From NCBI RefSeq assembly GCF_004010195.1, contig NC_057718.1, forward strand, positions 93,460,561-93,524,560: a stretch of DNA of 64,000 bases, written 5' to 3'. The translations under genes were made by a program, and so were the position numbers. Positions 12,962-25,517 of this stretch are shown in pieces. Source of the DNA: Chiloscyllium plagiosum (Eukaryota). The notes under the pieces were generated by a model, which saw only the letters and a list, made by a program, of their open reading frames with translations, was not told the DNA's origin and made no database searches. The first letter of the stretch is position 1, and each line of letters opens with the position of its first letter.

Positions 12962-13034
12962 AGTGTAGTCTTGACTGATTGGATTTGACTGTTAATTTTA
13001 ATTAACCAATCATATTCAAAGGTAGGTAGTTCTG

Positions 13035-13232
13035 GAAATAATGGCCTTCACTTTGCTGTCATTGTATTTAACACCTAGATGTGATGCAAGGAGGGACGCT
13101 TGCAATGATAGCCAACACGGTGGCACAGTGGTTAGCACTGCTGCCTCACAGAAATAATGGCCTTCACTTTGCTGTCATTGTATTTAACACCTAGATGTGA
13201 TGCAAGGAGGGACGCTTGCAATGATAGCCAAC
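13035..13232 (+). repeat. Perfect 82-bp direct repeat flanking a 34-nt SINE head
   Basis: 13035-13116 is identical to 13151-13232; the spacer is acggtggcacagtggttagcactgctgcctcaca. Confidence 0.95.
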
Positions 13233-13547
13233 TCACAGTTTCCCTGTTGCCCTTGGACCCCAGAGTTCTCTTCCAAAGGGTGGATCTGGGGATATGTTTG
13301 GATGCTCAGTTTAAGGATGGCCAGAGAAATGAGCAGTAGGGAAACTGCCTTCAAGCTGTAGAGTCAGAGAAAGGGCAGGCAGCAGTACAGTAGAGTCTGG
13401 GCAGAGAATAAAAAATGAAATCAGGCACAATACTGTTTGGATGCAGTCAGCAGGCTGCTGCCCATGTGAAGGTTGCAGAGATATATTGGGACAAGCATAA
13501 TAATATATGACAGATGTGAAGAATTCAGCCTACTCAGTTTACATCGT

Positions 13548-13872
13548 GGAGGCAGTGGTGAAAAATTAATGCCACTGGGCTCAGTAATCAGATTCCTGGG
13601 GGTGAGGGTGGGTGGTTCGGGGGGGTAGTGGAGGTGGGGGTGAGAGACAAGGATTTGAGTCCATACACAGCAAGCAGTGACGTTTCATTTCAAAATTCAA
13701 TCCAAATTATGGTAACCATGTAATCATTGTTAATTATTGTAAAAACCCATTTGGTTCACTAATGTCTTTTGGCAGGGAAATCTGCCATCCTTACTCGGTC
13801 TGGCTTACATGTCACTCCAGAACCACAACAATATGATTGGCTATTGGCTGTCCTCAGGCCAATTAGGGATAT
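13548..13872 (+). mobile_element. Degraded tRNA-headed SINE (second family)
   Basis: Body aaaacccatttggttcactaatgtc..ggcttacatgtcactccaga is shared with 25172-25517. Confidence 0.7.
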
Positions 13873-13879
13873 AACTTAG

Positions 13880-14770
13880 CAAGTTGAGAAGATTTGTAGC
13901 TCAGATTGAGGTTTTGGGTGTAGGTTTGCTCGCTGAGCTGGAAGGTTCATTTCCAGACGTTTCGTTATCCTAATTGGTAACATCTTCAGTGGGCCTTAGG
14001 CAAAGCAATGCTGAAAAATCTGCTTTCTCTTTATATGTTTGGGTTTCTTTGGGTTGGTGATGTCATTTCCTGTGGTGATGTTATTTCCTGTGGTGAAGTC
14101 ACTTCCTGTTCCTTTTCCCAGAGGGTAGTAGATGGGGTGTAACTCGATGTGGTTGTTAATAGAGTTTCGGTTGGAATGCCATGCTTCTAGGAATTCTCGT
14201 GCATGTCTTTGTTTGGCTTGTTCTAGGATGGATGTGTTGTCCCAGTCAAAGTGGTGTCTTTCCTCATCCGTATGTGAGGATACTAGCGAGAGAGGGTCAT
14301 GTCTTTTTGTGGCTAGTTGGTGTATGTGTATCCTGGTGGCTAGTTTTCTGCCTGTTTATCCAATGTAGTGTTTGTTACAGTCCTTGCGCGGTATTTTGTA
14401 AATTACATTAGTTTTGCTCGTTGTCTGTATAGGGGCTTTCAAGTTTATCCTGCTGTTTTAGTGTGTGGGTAGGTTTGTGGGCTACCATGATGCCAAGGGG
14501 TCTGAGTAGTCTGGTAGTCATTTCCAAGATGTCTTTGATGTAGGCGAGAGTGGCTAGGGTTTCTGGGCCTGTTTTGTCTGTTTGTTTGGGTTTGTTGCTG
14601 AGAAATCGGCAGACTGTGTTCATTGAGTACCCATTCTTTTTGACTACACAGTATAGGTGATTTTCCTCTGCTCTGTGCAGTTCCTCCGTGGTGCAGTGTG
14701 TGTTGGAAATAATATTCTGATGCAGCTTTGTTTGTGGATGTTGGGCTGATTGCTTCTGTAGTTCAGTATT
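13880..14770 (-). mobile_element. Penelope-like element 3' fragment with GIY-YIG endonuclease and terminal repeat
   Basis: Minus frames give VIYKIPRKDCNKHYIG*TGRKLATRIHIHQ..HHFDWDNTSILEQAKQRHAREFLEAWHS, the PLE GIY-YIG pattern. Confidence 0.92.
13953..13992 (-). ncRNA. Minimal type I hammerhead ribozyme motif in a PLE terminal repeat
   Basis: CCA CUGAAGA U GUUACC aauua GGAUAAC GAAAC GUC UGG: intact core, stem I CCA/UGG, palindromic ACGU stem III. Confidence 0.8.
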
Positions 14771-14908
14771 TGATCCGTATGTGCTGCTTTCCCGTAAAAG
14801 GCCAGTCTTTTACTCAGAGAAAGCGGAGGTGTTCCTTACTGTTCTCTGTCTTGCTGGCTACTGTATCATTCAGAGAAGCCGTGGATTTTTCACAAAACTA
14901 ACTGGGCA

Positions 14909-15133
14909 ATCAGAGCTGAAAAATGTGTTGCTGGAAAAGTGCAGCAGGTCAGGCAGCATCCAAGGAGCAGGAGAATCGACATTTCGGGCATAAGCCCTTC
15001 TTCATGAATCCTGAAGAAGGGCTCATGCCCGAAACGTCGATTCTCCTGCTCCTTGGATGCTGCCTGACCTGCTGCGCTTTTCCAGCAACACATTTTCAGC
15101 TCTGATCTCCAGCATCTGCAGTCCTTACTTTTT
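14909..15133. mobile_element. Inverted pair of Penelope terminal-repeat fragments (~95-bp arms)
   Basis: 14909-15003 is the reverse complement of ~15010-15106 with few mismatches. Confidence 0.9.
15006..15043 (+). ncRNA. Minimal hammerhead ribozyme motif
   Basis: GAAUC CUGAAGA A GGGC ucau GCCC GAAAC GUC GAUUC. Confidence 0.8.
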
Positions 15134-15924
15134 TCTATTAAGAAATGGTGATCTTGGGGAAGGACAGTTTTGGAATCTACGACCGGACACCGCATAGTAA
15201 AATAGCCTCTTGAAATTCTTGTGCTCACAATGGAGAGATTCCAATTGGGTAAGAAACCCGAGGGTAGTTAAACCAACTTGAGATAGTCCTTCCTGAAGTA
15301 AAAGGAATAAGGCACACAAGGAAACCTATGAAAGTAAAAGTTCCAAAAAGCAAATAGGTCAGCTGACCTTTCAAAATTTTATTCAAAATGCCAAGGTGGA
15401 GATTTGGGTCTGAACCAGTTTGAAAAGTTATGTTTAAACATAATCCCTTATTATCTTGAAGATAAGACCATAAGATCATAAGATATAGAAGCAGAATTAG
15501 GCCATTTGGCCAATCAAGTCTGCTTCACCATTCTAGATCAATGTTATCTTGTGCTGGCCACATATCCTGAATATCATTAGTATCTGGAATCTATTGGTTT
15601 AAAATGTACTCACTTACTAAATCTTCATAGGCATCCAATCCTGAACTAGGACTCTTAAATCCCTTTGTGTTTCAGATGTCTAAAGCCTTGTCCCATTTTG
15701 AAAATAGACTACATGTCTATTCTTCTGACCAAAGTGCATAACCTCACACTTTCCCATATTGTATTCCATCGGCTACTTCTTTTCTCACTCTCCTAGCCTG
15801 TCCAAGTCCTTCCGGAGCTTCCCCACTTCCTCAACACATCAAGTCATCTCACCAATGACAGATTTTTGTAATTTCTATAAAAGTAACCTAAAAACGACAG
15901 GTCTACAGTTTCTAGACTGACTTC

Positions 15925-17720
15925 TTTCTTAACTAAATGATGATTTGGGGAAATTTACAAGACAATTGCATAGTTTCTAAATTAAATGATCTTTGAAGGT
16001 TTATGACTAGTGATGTTGTAATTCCTTTTACTATTCCTTTATTTTTTAATTCCCCAGGACAGAAGCCCTCAGCTTCTTGGGCTGGCATGGTGGCTCAGTG
16101 ATTTGCCCTGCAGCCTCACAGTGCCAGGGACCTAGGTTCAATTCCAGCGTCGGGTGACTGTGTGGAGTTTGCACATTCTCCTCGTGTCTGCGTGGGTTTC
16201 TTCTCGGTGCTCTGCTTTCCTCCCACAGTCCAAAAGATGTGCAGGTTAGGTGAATTGGTCATGCTAAATTGCCCATCGGGATGTGTAGGCTAGCTGCATT
16301 AGTCAGGGGCAAATATAGGGTAGGGGAATGGGTCTGGGTGGGTTACTATTCAGAGGGTCAGTGGGGACTTGTTGGACTGAAGGGCTTGTTTCCACACTGT
16401 AGGGATTCTATGATCTATTTAGGTCCCATTATTTTCTCTGTTATTGTTTTGTTATTTGTATTGAATTTAGCAGTATCTTCTCCTGGATTAATTTTCAGTT
16501 TGCCTTTTCTCATTATTTGTTAGGAAAACAAAGGCAATGGTATTTGTTTAATGCATCCTCTGTTACCCTGATATCTATTTGTAATATTACCTAAGTCTAT
16601 CATTAACAGTCACTCTCTCAAGCTTAACAGATTTATAAAATCCTAAACTGGTGTACTTTATATTACTTGCTAGCTTATATTCATATTCCCTTTGGCAGCA
16701 CTTAATACTTTCTTTGTATTCCTTAGTTGCCATATTTCACCCCAGCTCACTAAAAAACCATATTCCTTGTTATTTCTGTAAACTATTTCCTTTAGCTTTA
16801 TTCTGTCTGACCTCATATATTGACCATGGTTACTTGACTGTCCAAGTGGGAGTTTTGCTCTTTAGAGGTATGCATTGGTCTTCATGTATTGCACGAAAAA
16901 ATACTTCTTTGAGTACCACCCACTGATTTTGAGCAGATTTGCCTATTAAAAGCTCAAGCCTCATTTAATGGGTTCGATTTATATCTTGTTCCTTCACCAT
17001 TGGCCTTATTTTAATTTAAAACCTTAGTTTGTGCATGGATATTTGTCGTTTGAAAGTTTACATATAATAATAGGAGTTAGCTATTACTCAGTGAATGATT
17101 CCCTTAGCCATTAAGTCATGTTGGTTCAAGAACCAGCCAGAGCCAAGAGTCCAAAAGCCCCCTGTAGTGCTGGGAGATAGCTGCAGTGTCATAATTTAAC
17201 TTATTTCCTTCTTAATTAAATGTGTGATTTGAGCACATTTACAAGCCAATTGCACAATTCCTAAATTAAATAATCTTTGAATGTTTATGAATAATGATGT
17301 TGTAATTCCTTTTACTATTCCTTTATCTTTTAATACCCTAGGACAGAAGCCATCAGCTTCTGGGGGTGGCATGGTGGCTCAATGGTTAGCACTGCTGCCT
17401 CACAGCACCAGGGACCCAAGATCGATTCCAGCCTCAGGCAACTGTCTATGTGGAGTTTGTATATTCACCCAGTGTCTGTGTGGGTTTCCTCCGGGTGCTC
17501 AAGTTTCCTCCCACAATCCAAAAGATGTGCAGATTAGGTGAATTGGCCATGCTAAATTGCCCAAATTATTCAGGGATGTGTTGGTTAGGTGCATTAGTCA
17601 GGAGTAAATCTAGGGGAAAGGGTCTGGGTGGGTTACTCTTCAGAGGGCTTGTTGGGCCAAAGGGCCTGTTTCCACATTGTAGGGATTCTTTGATGTATTT
17701 ATGCCCTATTATTTTCTTCT
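15925..17720 (+). repeat. Old local duplication (~15925-16440 vs ~17208-17720), each copy containing an HE1 SINE
   Basis: Shared non-SINE flanks (gatgttgtaattcctttttactattcctttat-like stretch, ggacagaagcc..cagcttct, and attattttct after the tail). Confidence 0.88.
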
Positions 17721-17794
17721 AGATCAGGCAGTAGCTATACGTCTATGTACAGTGTCAGATGGATGTTAAAGCTCCCAAGGCACTATTTTAGTTA

Positions 17795-18200
17795 TAGGGT
17801 GATGTTGGATAGGTTAGGACTTTTTTCACTGGAGCATTAAAGGTTGAGGGGTCACCTTATAGAGGTTTATAAAATCATGAGGGGTATAGATAAAGTGAAT
17901 GGCAGGTGTCTTTTTCCGAGAGTCGAGGATTTATTTTTAAGGTGAGAGGAGAAGTATTTTGAAAAACAACATGAGAGGTACCTGTTTTACACAGAGAGAA
18001 GTTAGTCTCCGCAATGAACTTCAAGAGAATGTGGTGAATGAGGGTACAGTTAAAGACATTTGGATATGTACATGAATAAGAAAGGTTTGGAGGGATGTGG
18101 GCCAAATACAGGCAGTTGGGACTAGTTTAGTTTGGAATTACGTTCAGCATGGACTGGTTCAACCAAAGGTTCTATTTCCATGCTGTATGATTCTACAACT
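17795..18200 (+). mobile_element. CR1 3' fragment inserted in a Deu-domain SINE relic
   Basis: CR1 tail. The flanks ggatgttaaagctcccaaggcactatttt and ggggagttatcccc..ggccaatatttatc resemble adjacent parts of the Deu domain. Confidence 0.75.
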
Positions 18201-19707
18201 CTGTGGCGGGGGAGTTATCCCCAATGTTGGGCCAATATTTATCATTAAGATTGTTTTTGGCGAAGCCAGCTCTGCCCAAATTGGCTTTTTGAGGGGGAAG
18301 GGGGTTTTTCTGCTCAGACCGAGGAGGGTTAACTTTATTTATTGTCACGAGGGTGAGATCGGAGGTGAAAGGTGTTGGTGTTGTGAATGACCTGTTCATA
18401 AGATGACCGGCAGTAGCTGTGCCAGGATCATGCAACAGACAAAGAGGGTCCATGCTGTGGAGTAACCAAGGAGTAGACCACCAGTGTGTCCAGTGTTATT
18501 TCCCTTTCGATGTCAGTCAATTACCCCACCCATCCTGAGGGTGCTCACAGCCATTTTCTTCCTAGTTGAACACTTCCGACTTCCAATGTCCTGGAGAGTG
18601 CCCTTGGCCCAATGGCTTCCAGTCTCCATCTGAACATGGCCTCCCCACCAAACATCCACATCCCCTTCCTAGCATGCATTCCATAAACCCCACGCGATTC
18701 ACACTCCCTCAAGTCCCCAAGCAACCTGTTCACAATCTACCTACCCTTGCCATATAGCCCATGGCATTTGAGGCGACCATCCCTAGCATGGTCATACTCT
18801 GAAGCCCTACACCCTGAGGCCAGGGTGCTCTTTACCATGGACAGTCACCCCCCTTCCACATTAGCCCCTTCCCAGCCCTGTATACCCCACCCCCATCTCG
18901 CAGATACTGCTGCCCCCTCTTCATCACAGTTTGACTGTGCCCATCTCCAGAGCAGGAGGATTGCATTTCTGGAGAGGAACCTGCTGAGTTTGGTCCTGCA
19001 GCAATAGCTGTCCTTTCCCTTCGCCCCACTGAGGCCTTCTCTCCTTCCCTTATTTTCTGTGGACTGGCCTGACTGTAGACCATCCCTCGACCAATGTGAC
19101 TGGGCAGCCCTGAACAACTTATGCCCACTCCCCTAACTAGCATCTCCTTGACTGGTTACCTTGGAGCCAAAGCATCCTCAGCCCTTCCCTGGATGACAGA
19201 GGCACAGGCCCACACTAAACAAAACCCTGACTGAATGTCAATGCATGACCAATCCCCTGGACTGTAGTGGGCAGCTTCCTTTGACTTTCCGCACCAAGAC
19301 CCCTGACTGATGGGCACCTCCAATGGACTTCAATGAGGACAAATTCCCAAAGACTTTGAGACATGGCGGCTTGCTGGCTGCACATGCCACGTATTTGCCC
19401 TGCAAGCTATTGGCGTAACTGGGGCAGCTCTGGGATTGACACAGAACACTGCTATTCAACCAGTCAACTGAGAATTGCTGGACATCAAGGCATGCTGCCT
19501 GATTGCGTAACAGCTCTCACTGGCAAGGCAAGTTGATTCTGATTATCAAAAGACTTTTGTTTTTAGCTAAAAGATTGCCCCCTGAGAAATGAGCCAGAAT
19601 TGCTGGCATCTACTTAGTTGAGTTGCAAAATGCACGGAGTGTGTATGCATATTTTATCTATATTCAAAGAACACAGACCTGTGGACTAATATGTAATTTC
19701 CAGTAGA

Positions 19708-19893
19708 TTCATAGAGTCATAGAGATGTACAGCATGGAAACAGACCCTTCGGTCCAACCTGTCCATGCCGACCAGATATTCCAACCCAATCTAGTCCCAC
19801 CTGCCAGCACCCGGCCCATATCCCTCCAAACCCTTCCTATTCATATATCCATCCAAATGCCTCTTAAATGTTGCTATTGTACCAGCCTCCACT
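19708..19893 (-). mobile_element. CR1 3'UTR/tail fragment
   Basis: atagagtcatagagatgtacagcatggaaacagacccttcgg. Confidence 0.9.
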
Positions 19894-21682
19894 ACAGATG
19901 TAAGTACACCACACTGCAAGCTCAAATGACAATTCTAAACCAGTTATAAGCCTAATTCTTTGCACACTTAGGATTATATAGCAAATGTTGTCACATCAAG
20001 GCATCACAAGTAATGTTGGACACTGTGTTGTGAGTTTTGAATGTGCTGGCCGGTTGGGCATAGTCGGTACCTTTATTGGTTACGCTGTTTTATATGGACT
20101 ACCAGTCTTTGGGATGTATGAGGTACATACCTGGCATCACGCTGGCACTAAAATTCATATACCACATAACTCATTTGAGTGAAGGTCTTATTGACTTAAC
20201 AGTAGCATTCCATTGGTGGTGATCCCCATCATATTGCTACTGCATGGTAGCTCTGTGAAACAGCTAGTCTCATCTGGGGGACCATTGCCTCAGCCAATAG
20301 TCATTAATATGATTAAAGGAAGCAGATCCCATAAAAGTATTTCACTGTTTGATGGATGTAGAAAATGATGTACATTACTTCAAACTTCAACACCATGTGG
20401 CTGTGAAATCAAAAAGTACTTTGCAAATAAATTCTCATTTGAAATTTTGGATATCTCTCCACCTACACAAGTTCAAGAAAATTCAACAGATCTTTGTTCA
20501 GTTAGGGTAACAAGAGATGTGGAAAATCAGCTGGTATGTAGAGTTATGGATCAGCCATTATTGAATTGAATACGCCCAAAGAGACAAAGTGTTTACCTCA
20601 GCTCTTATGTTCCTATGTATTCCAGGAAAGAATTAGAATTAGAATTAGAATTAAGCTTATTGTCACATGTACTTAAGCACAGTAATACAGGCCGACCGAA
20701 GGATAAGGGCCCTATATTTTCACTTTATTGTTACACCAACAAGGCATTATGTTGAGCAGTATTCCAGAATTGAAGCAACTTCTAATGGCCTTTCATTTTG
20801 GAATTATTCTTATATAGTCTTTTAGTGTGACCTTCCATTAGTGCACAGAGTAAGTCATTATGTAATGCAAATAAGGAGGTCAAAGAATTCAAGTCTGAAA
20901 ATGTACGGCTGGTCGATGTTGCAAGGCTTTTTGTTTTCTTTTGCCTCACTTCCTACTTCCATTCATGAGAAAATTATGCCCTTCCATTTTCTGTTCTTTT
21001 TCCTTGCAATTAGAATCGTCATTTCACTCTTTTTGTCTCGTCTCTCTCTCTCTTTCTTCCCCGTCCCCTTTGCTTTGAAGAGTCTGCATTTTGGAAAGAA
21101 CTACTGACCATTAGCTCCGTCCATCACTGAGAATGGCCGGCAAACATAATGGTGGAAACTTGTGACTGTGTGGTGCTCTGTTCACAGGGATGCCGCAGTT
21201 GTTTAATTATTCAGCAAATTTGCATTCTGCTTCATGACTTACTTTTCATAAAGATTGAGACCCTTAATGTCAAAGATGCTCCTTTTCTGACCTGATCAGG
21301 TCATTGAATGTCTTGCAGTTTTGACCTGCACTTTTGGGGCTGAGACAGCTGGTTTGCAGTATCAGTGCTCTTCCTCCATACATTCCTCTCTGGCCCCTGA
21401 GCAGTCTGTGCCTATTTGGATCTAGTTTGTCAAGGGGAACATTGGAAACCTATGGAAATCGATCTCCTTCTCGGTCCCTATGCCAAGACCTTGTTCTTTC
21501 TATGGCTCCCTAATGTCAGTTACTACGGTGGTAGACGGGCTTGGAAAGAATCATTTAACAGTCCTTTCAGTGAGCTGACATCAACTCATGGAGCCAAGTG
21601 CTTGAGTTGTTTCCTGCTGCTCCCCAGGCTACAATCTCCAGCCAGAACTAACTTTTCCAGGAATTTCCAAATGTTTTTCAAA

Positions 21683-22010
21683 ATTCATTCATGGGATGTA
21701 GGCGTTTCTGGATGGGGCCAGCATTTATTGCCCATTCTTAACTGCTCTGAGGAAGGTGGTAGTGCATTTCCTTCTTAAAGTGCCGCAGTCCAATGGGTAT
21801 GGGAATGCTTACTGTGCTGTTAGGAAGTGATTTCCAGGATTTTGACCTAGTGAGGATAAAAGAATCCAGTCCAGTCCAATTCTGGGTGGTGTATGACTTG
21901 AAAGGCAACTTGTTGGTAGTGACATTCCCATGCATCTGCTGCCCTTGTGGTAGAGGATGCAGATTTAAAAGGTGCTGTCAGAGGAGCCTAGATGAGCTGC
22001 TGCAGTGCCT
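21683..22010 (-). mobile_element. LINE 3' fragment whose tail is shared with the tRNA-headed SINE
   Basis: ttcattcatgggatg..cagcatttattgcccat tail; minus frame SKSWKSLPNSTV (CR1/L2-like WNxLP). Confidence 0.75.
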
Positions 22011-23999
22011 CACGAAGAATAATTCTCCTGATTTTCCATACAAAAGAGACGCGCTGCGAAACTCTGTCACAAATGCCTCCCACGTTTTGCAACTCAATGC
22101 ATAGAAATTCAGGGTCAATTTACCTATCAAACTATCATTAGCATTACTCGTCAGAAGTCATGTTTCAGCTTGTTTAACTCCAAATCTTTAAATATTCCTC
22201 TTTTTCAGATAAGTATCTGTTTCCCACTTATAAGGTTTGATGGACTCTCCTTCACCAAGGTTTTTTTATTCTGCGACAGAGATTGACACATTATTAACCA
22301 TCCTCTCTGTCAAGAAATATTTTTTTCCCCACCTCTTTTTGTCATTATCTTAAATTTGAACCTGATCTTGCCAACAATCTATCACAACCATTTTTCAAAT
22401 CTTGAAGACTTCTATTAAGTCACCCCCTGCCTTAATCTCCTCTGTTCTGATAAAAAAGGGCTTTCAGTACTCAAATAATTGCTCTTTATTGCAAACCTTC
22501 AACTCCTGCTTTAAATGCCACTATTCCACATTGTGCCTTTTCAATTACTTTTATTGTTTTCTTAAAATATAAGAAAATAACAACATGTTGTTTCTTCAAT
22601 CATCTATGTCTCCATCAATGCTCATCTTTACTTATTAGTATTCTGCAATCACTATTACCATGCCAACAATTTACTACATCAGGACAGACTGATATGTCAA
22701 TGTAGGCTCCAAGTAGAATAGGACCCAAGCTCTTATTCCATACTAAAGGTCCCACTAGTAACCTGAGAAAACATATTTTAGAATTGCTGCCAAAGAAATG
22801 TAGTCTGGGTCTGTTTTATTATATACTTGTGCTATAACTAGAGTTACTGTCAGTTATGCTCACATCAGGGAGTGGGAGCTGGGGAGGCAACGTGTAATCC
22901 AAGCTGTTGCTAATGGCAGAAGATGATATTACTCCATAAAGCATAATCCATAATAGATTACCCAATATCTCCGTAAAACACTTTTCCCTGGGAAGAACAG
23001 CAATCCTCAAGTAGCCAATATATAAAACTGCATAAAGCAAATATATTAGTTTATGGATCCTGCCAGTCTTGTTTGCAAAGCAACCTCTGCTTGGCATTAA
23101 TTCTTGGCAGTCAGAGTGAAGAATAAAACAGTTGATGCATATTTTTTCCAACACAGTTTGATTTTGTCCTCCTAGTCCTGGCTGAAACCACACTGCTCTC
23201 TCAATTATGGGCTCAATCCATATCTCTTTTTATGTCCCCACTATAAAATTCCTGGCTCCTGCAAGGGATAATGTATCAAATGGTCTCTGTAGGCTAGGTT
23301 ACCATCATGGAAGAAAAGAAGTAAAATAAAAGCAATATTTAAACTGGATTAAAAGGTGACCTGACTAATAGAGCACAATGTACAATTGTACTCCGACATT
23401 CTGTTCAATATAACATGTCATGTGTTTCCATGATCATCTACTGTGAAACTGCTATTAAAGATGGCTGATGTCCAAACTGCAGGCTTTATATTAATAGATA
23501 ACTAATAAGGAATTAAAAATTATAAAATAACATATGGATTAAACTTAGGTGAGGCCATAACCCATCAGAAGAAAGATCAGATGATTTAAGCCCTACTTGC
23601 AGGAAGAAGAAAAGGGTATATGTGCTAGCTCAAACCTGAATCTTTTAAGGTTTCCACAGGGTATAATTCAGTTAATTCCACATTTTCCATTTACTAGCAC
23701 AGTATAGACTGTAAACCTACTTTTCCATTAAACATTGAATCGTTTACAAATTTACTAATAACTGACAGTGAAGTTGTGTTGTAAAAGGCGCAGAATGAGT
23801 CTCAAACTCACTCTTAGCCAATCAAAATCTGAGTACAAATGTAACCTTGCTTCATTGTAGACGTGTAGTGAGTTTTTGCATTTTATAAACAGTATAAAAT
23901 AAGAAAGGAAAGAGACTTACAGCTGCATATAGAGCCTTCACAACTTCAAGATGATACAAGGAGCTGTATAGTACTGTTGAAACACAGTCACTATTGCAG

Positions 24000-24416
24000 T
24001 GGGAGAATGCTGACAAAAGTTTCATCAATGTTGTAAACCAATGTGTGTACACGACACACACACACCATGTACACGACACACACACACACACACCATGTAC
24101 ACGACACACACACACAGCATGTACACGACACACACACACACACCTTACACCACTTTGTAAGCCAGTAAATCTGATATTGTATTAATCACTTTGAATCATG
24201 TAACTATGCTTTTACTTATTTCACTAGTTGCAGTGAAGGTTTGCGTGTCTCATGTTGCATCAGATGGATGGGCAAAGAAGAATTTGATATCCTGCTTGAA
24301 AGACTAGTGTGTGTGTGTGTGTGTGATGTGTGTGTGCATGTAGGGTGAGTGTGTGCGTGGGTGTGTACACACATTGGCTTACAACATGGATGAAACCTTT
24401 TGTCAGCATTCTCCCA
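24000..24416. repeat. Foldback/MITE-like element with ~55-bp terminal inverted repeats and mirrored CA/GT tracts
   Basis: tgggagaatgctgacaaaagtttcatcaatgttgtaaaccaatgtgtgtacac versus gtgtacacacattggcttacaacatggatgaaaccttttgtcagcattctccca. Confidence 0.8.
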
Positions 24417-25171
24417 AAATCTACAAAGTGAGAAAACAGAGTATTGGAGAACTGTGTCCCTTTGTTTCTGTGCCTATAAAGATAAGGGAGTTAGAGATAA
24501 TACTGCAGATAGCTGCCTGTGTTTCATCAAACAAACCTTGAAGAGAGAATAGAGCTGGGAATGGCTTCCAATAGCATAGTGATATCGTTGAAAGCCAGTG
24601 AGGTTGGAGAAAGCCAGGTATTACTTCAATGTTATTCCTGCCACCTTATGTTATTTGGCCATACCCTACGGCATCTCATTTTAATTTTACTTGACTGTTT
24701 CACATTTTGATTCAATGAGCAAAAAGCTAACTCCATCTCTTCCAGCTCCTTCCTTTGGTGATGTTGACCCCTTCATGTAATCCATGTGTATTGTACTTTC
24801 ACTGTGAACAGTGTTTGGTTCCCTCCTCGCAAGAAAGTAAGTTTACCTCCACTTGGCAGTGTCCCAGATGTTTCAACTTATGTTAAAAATTACGAGATGA
24901 ATTTAGCCAAAAGGTGCTTGGAAATTTTAAACTGACAAGACCCAAATCTTTACTCTACTTGAAACAATTTTTGCACACAATGTAGAAAGCACATTTTTTT
25001 GGTCAAAAGGTTTTGGCCCAGATAGCAATGGCACCCAAGAATTTGGATACAGTTCCACTTAATGTGGTACGCCTATGTCACTGTACATGGATGCAGTGGC
25101 ACTGGTTGCTTTGAAGCTCCACAAGCCTGTCTCAGATGGCCAATCCAAACAATAGTCCTGTTATATGTTTA

Positions 25172-25517
25172 TATTCATCTATGGGATGTGGGTGTCACTG
25201 ACTGGGCTAACATTTATTGCCCATCTCTAATTGCCCAGAGGACATTTAAGAGTCAACCATGTTGCTGTAGGTATGGAGTCACATGTAGACCAGACTAGGT
25301 AAGGATGGCGGTTTCCTTCCCTAAAGGACATTAGTGAACCAGAGGGGATTTTCTAACAATCAGCCCATGGTCATCATTTTACAGTTGACTCCGGAGTTTT
25401 AATTGAGCCCCAATTCCATCATCTGCTGTGGCAGGATTTGAACCCATCTCCTCAGAATATTCCTACGTTTCTGCATTACTAATCCAGTGATAACGCCACT
25501 AGGCCATCGCCTCCCCT
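25172..25517 (-). mobile_element. Full-length tRNA-headed SINE (second family)
   Basis: A-box-like tggcctagtgg, B-box-like gggttcaaatcc, conserved body and LINE-like tail. Confidence 0.85.

Noticed and set aside
18250..19585. GC-richer block with several short overlapping ORFs, possibly a decayed transposon
   Set aside because: No recognisable motif, TIR pair or TSD; the apparent left TIR is better explained as Deu-SINE sequence.
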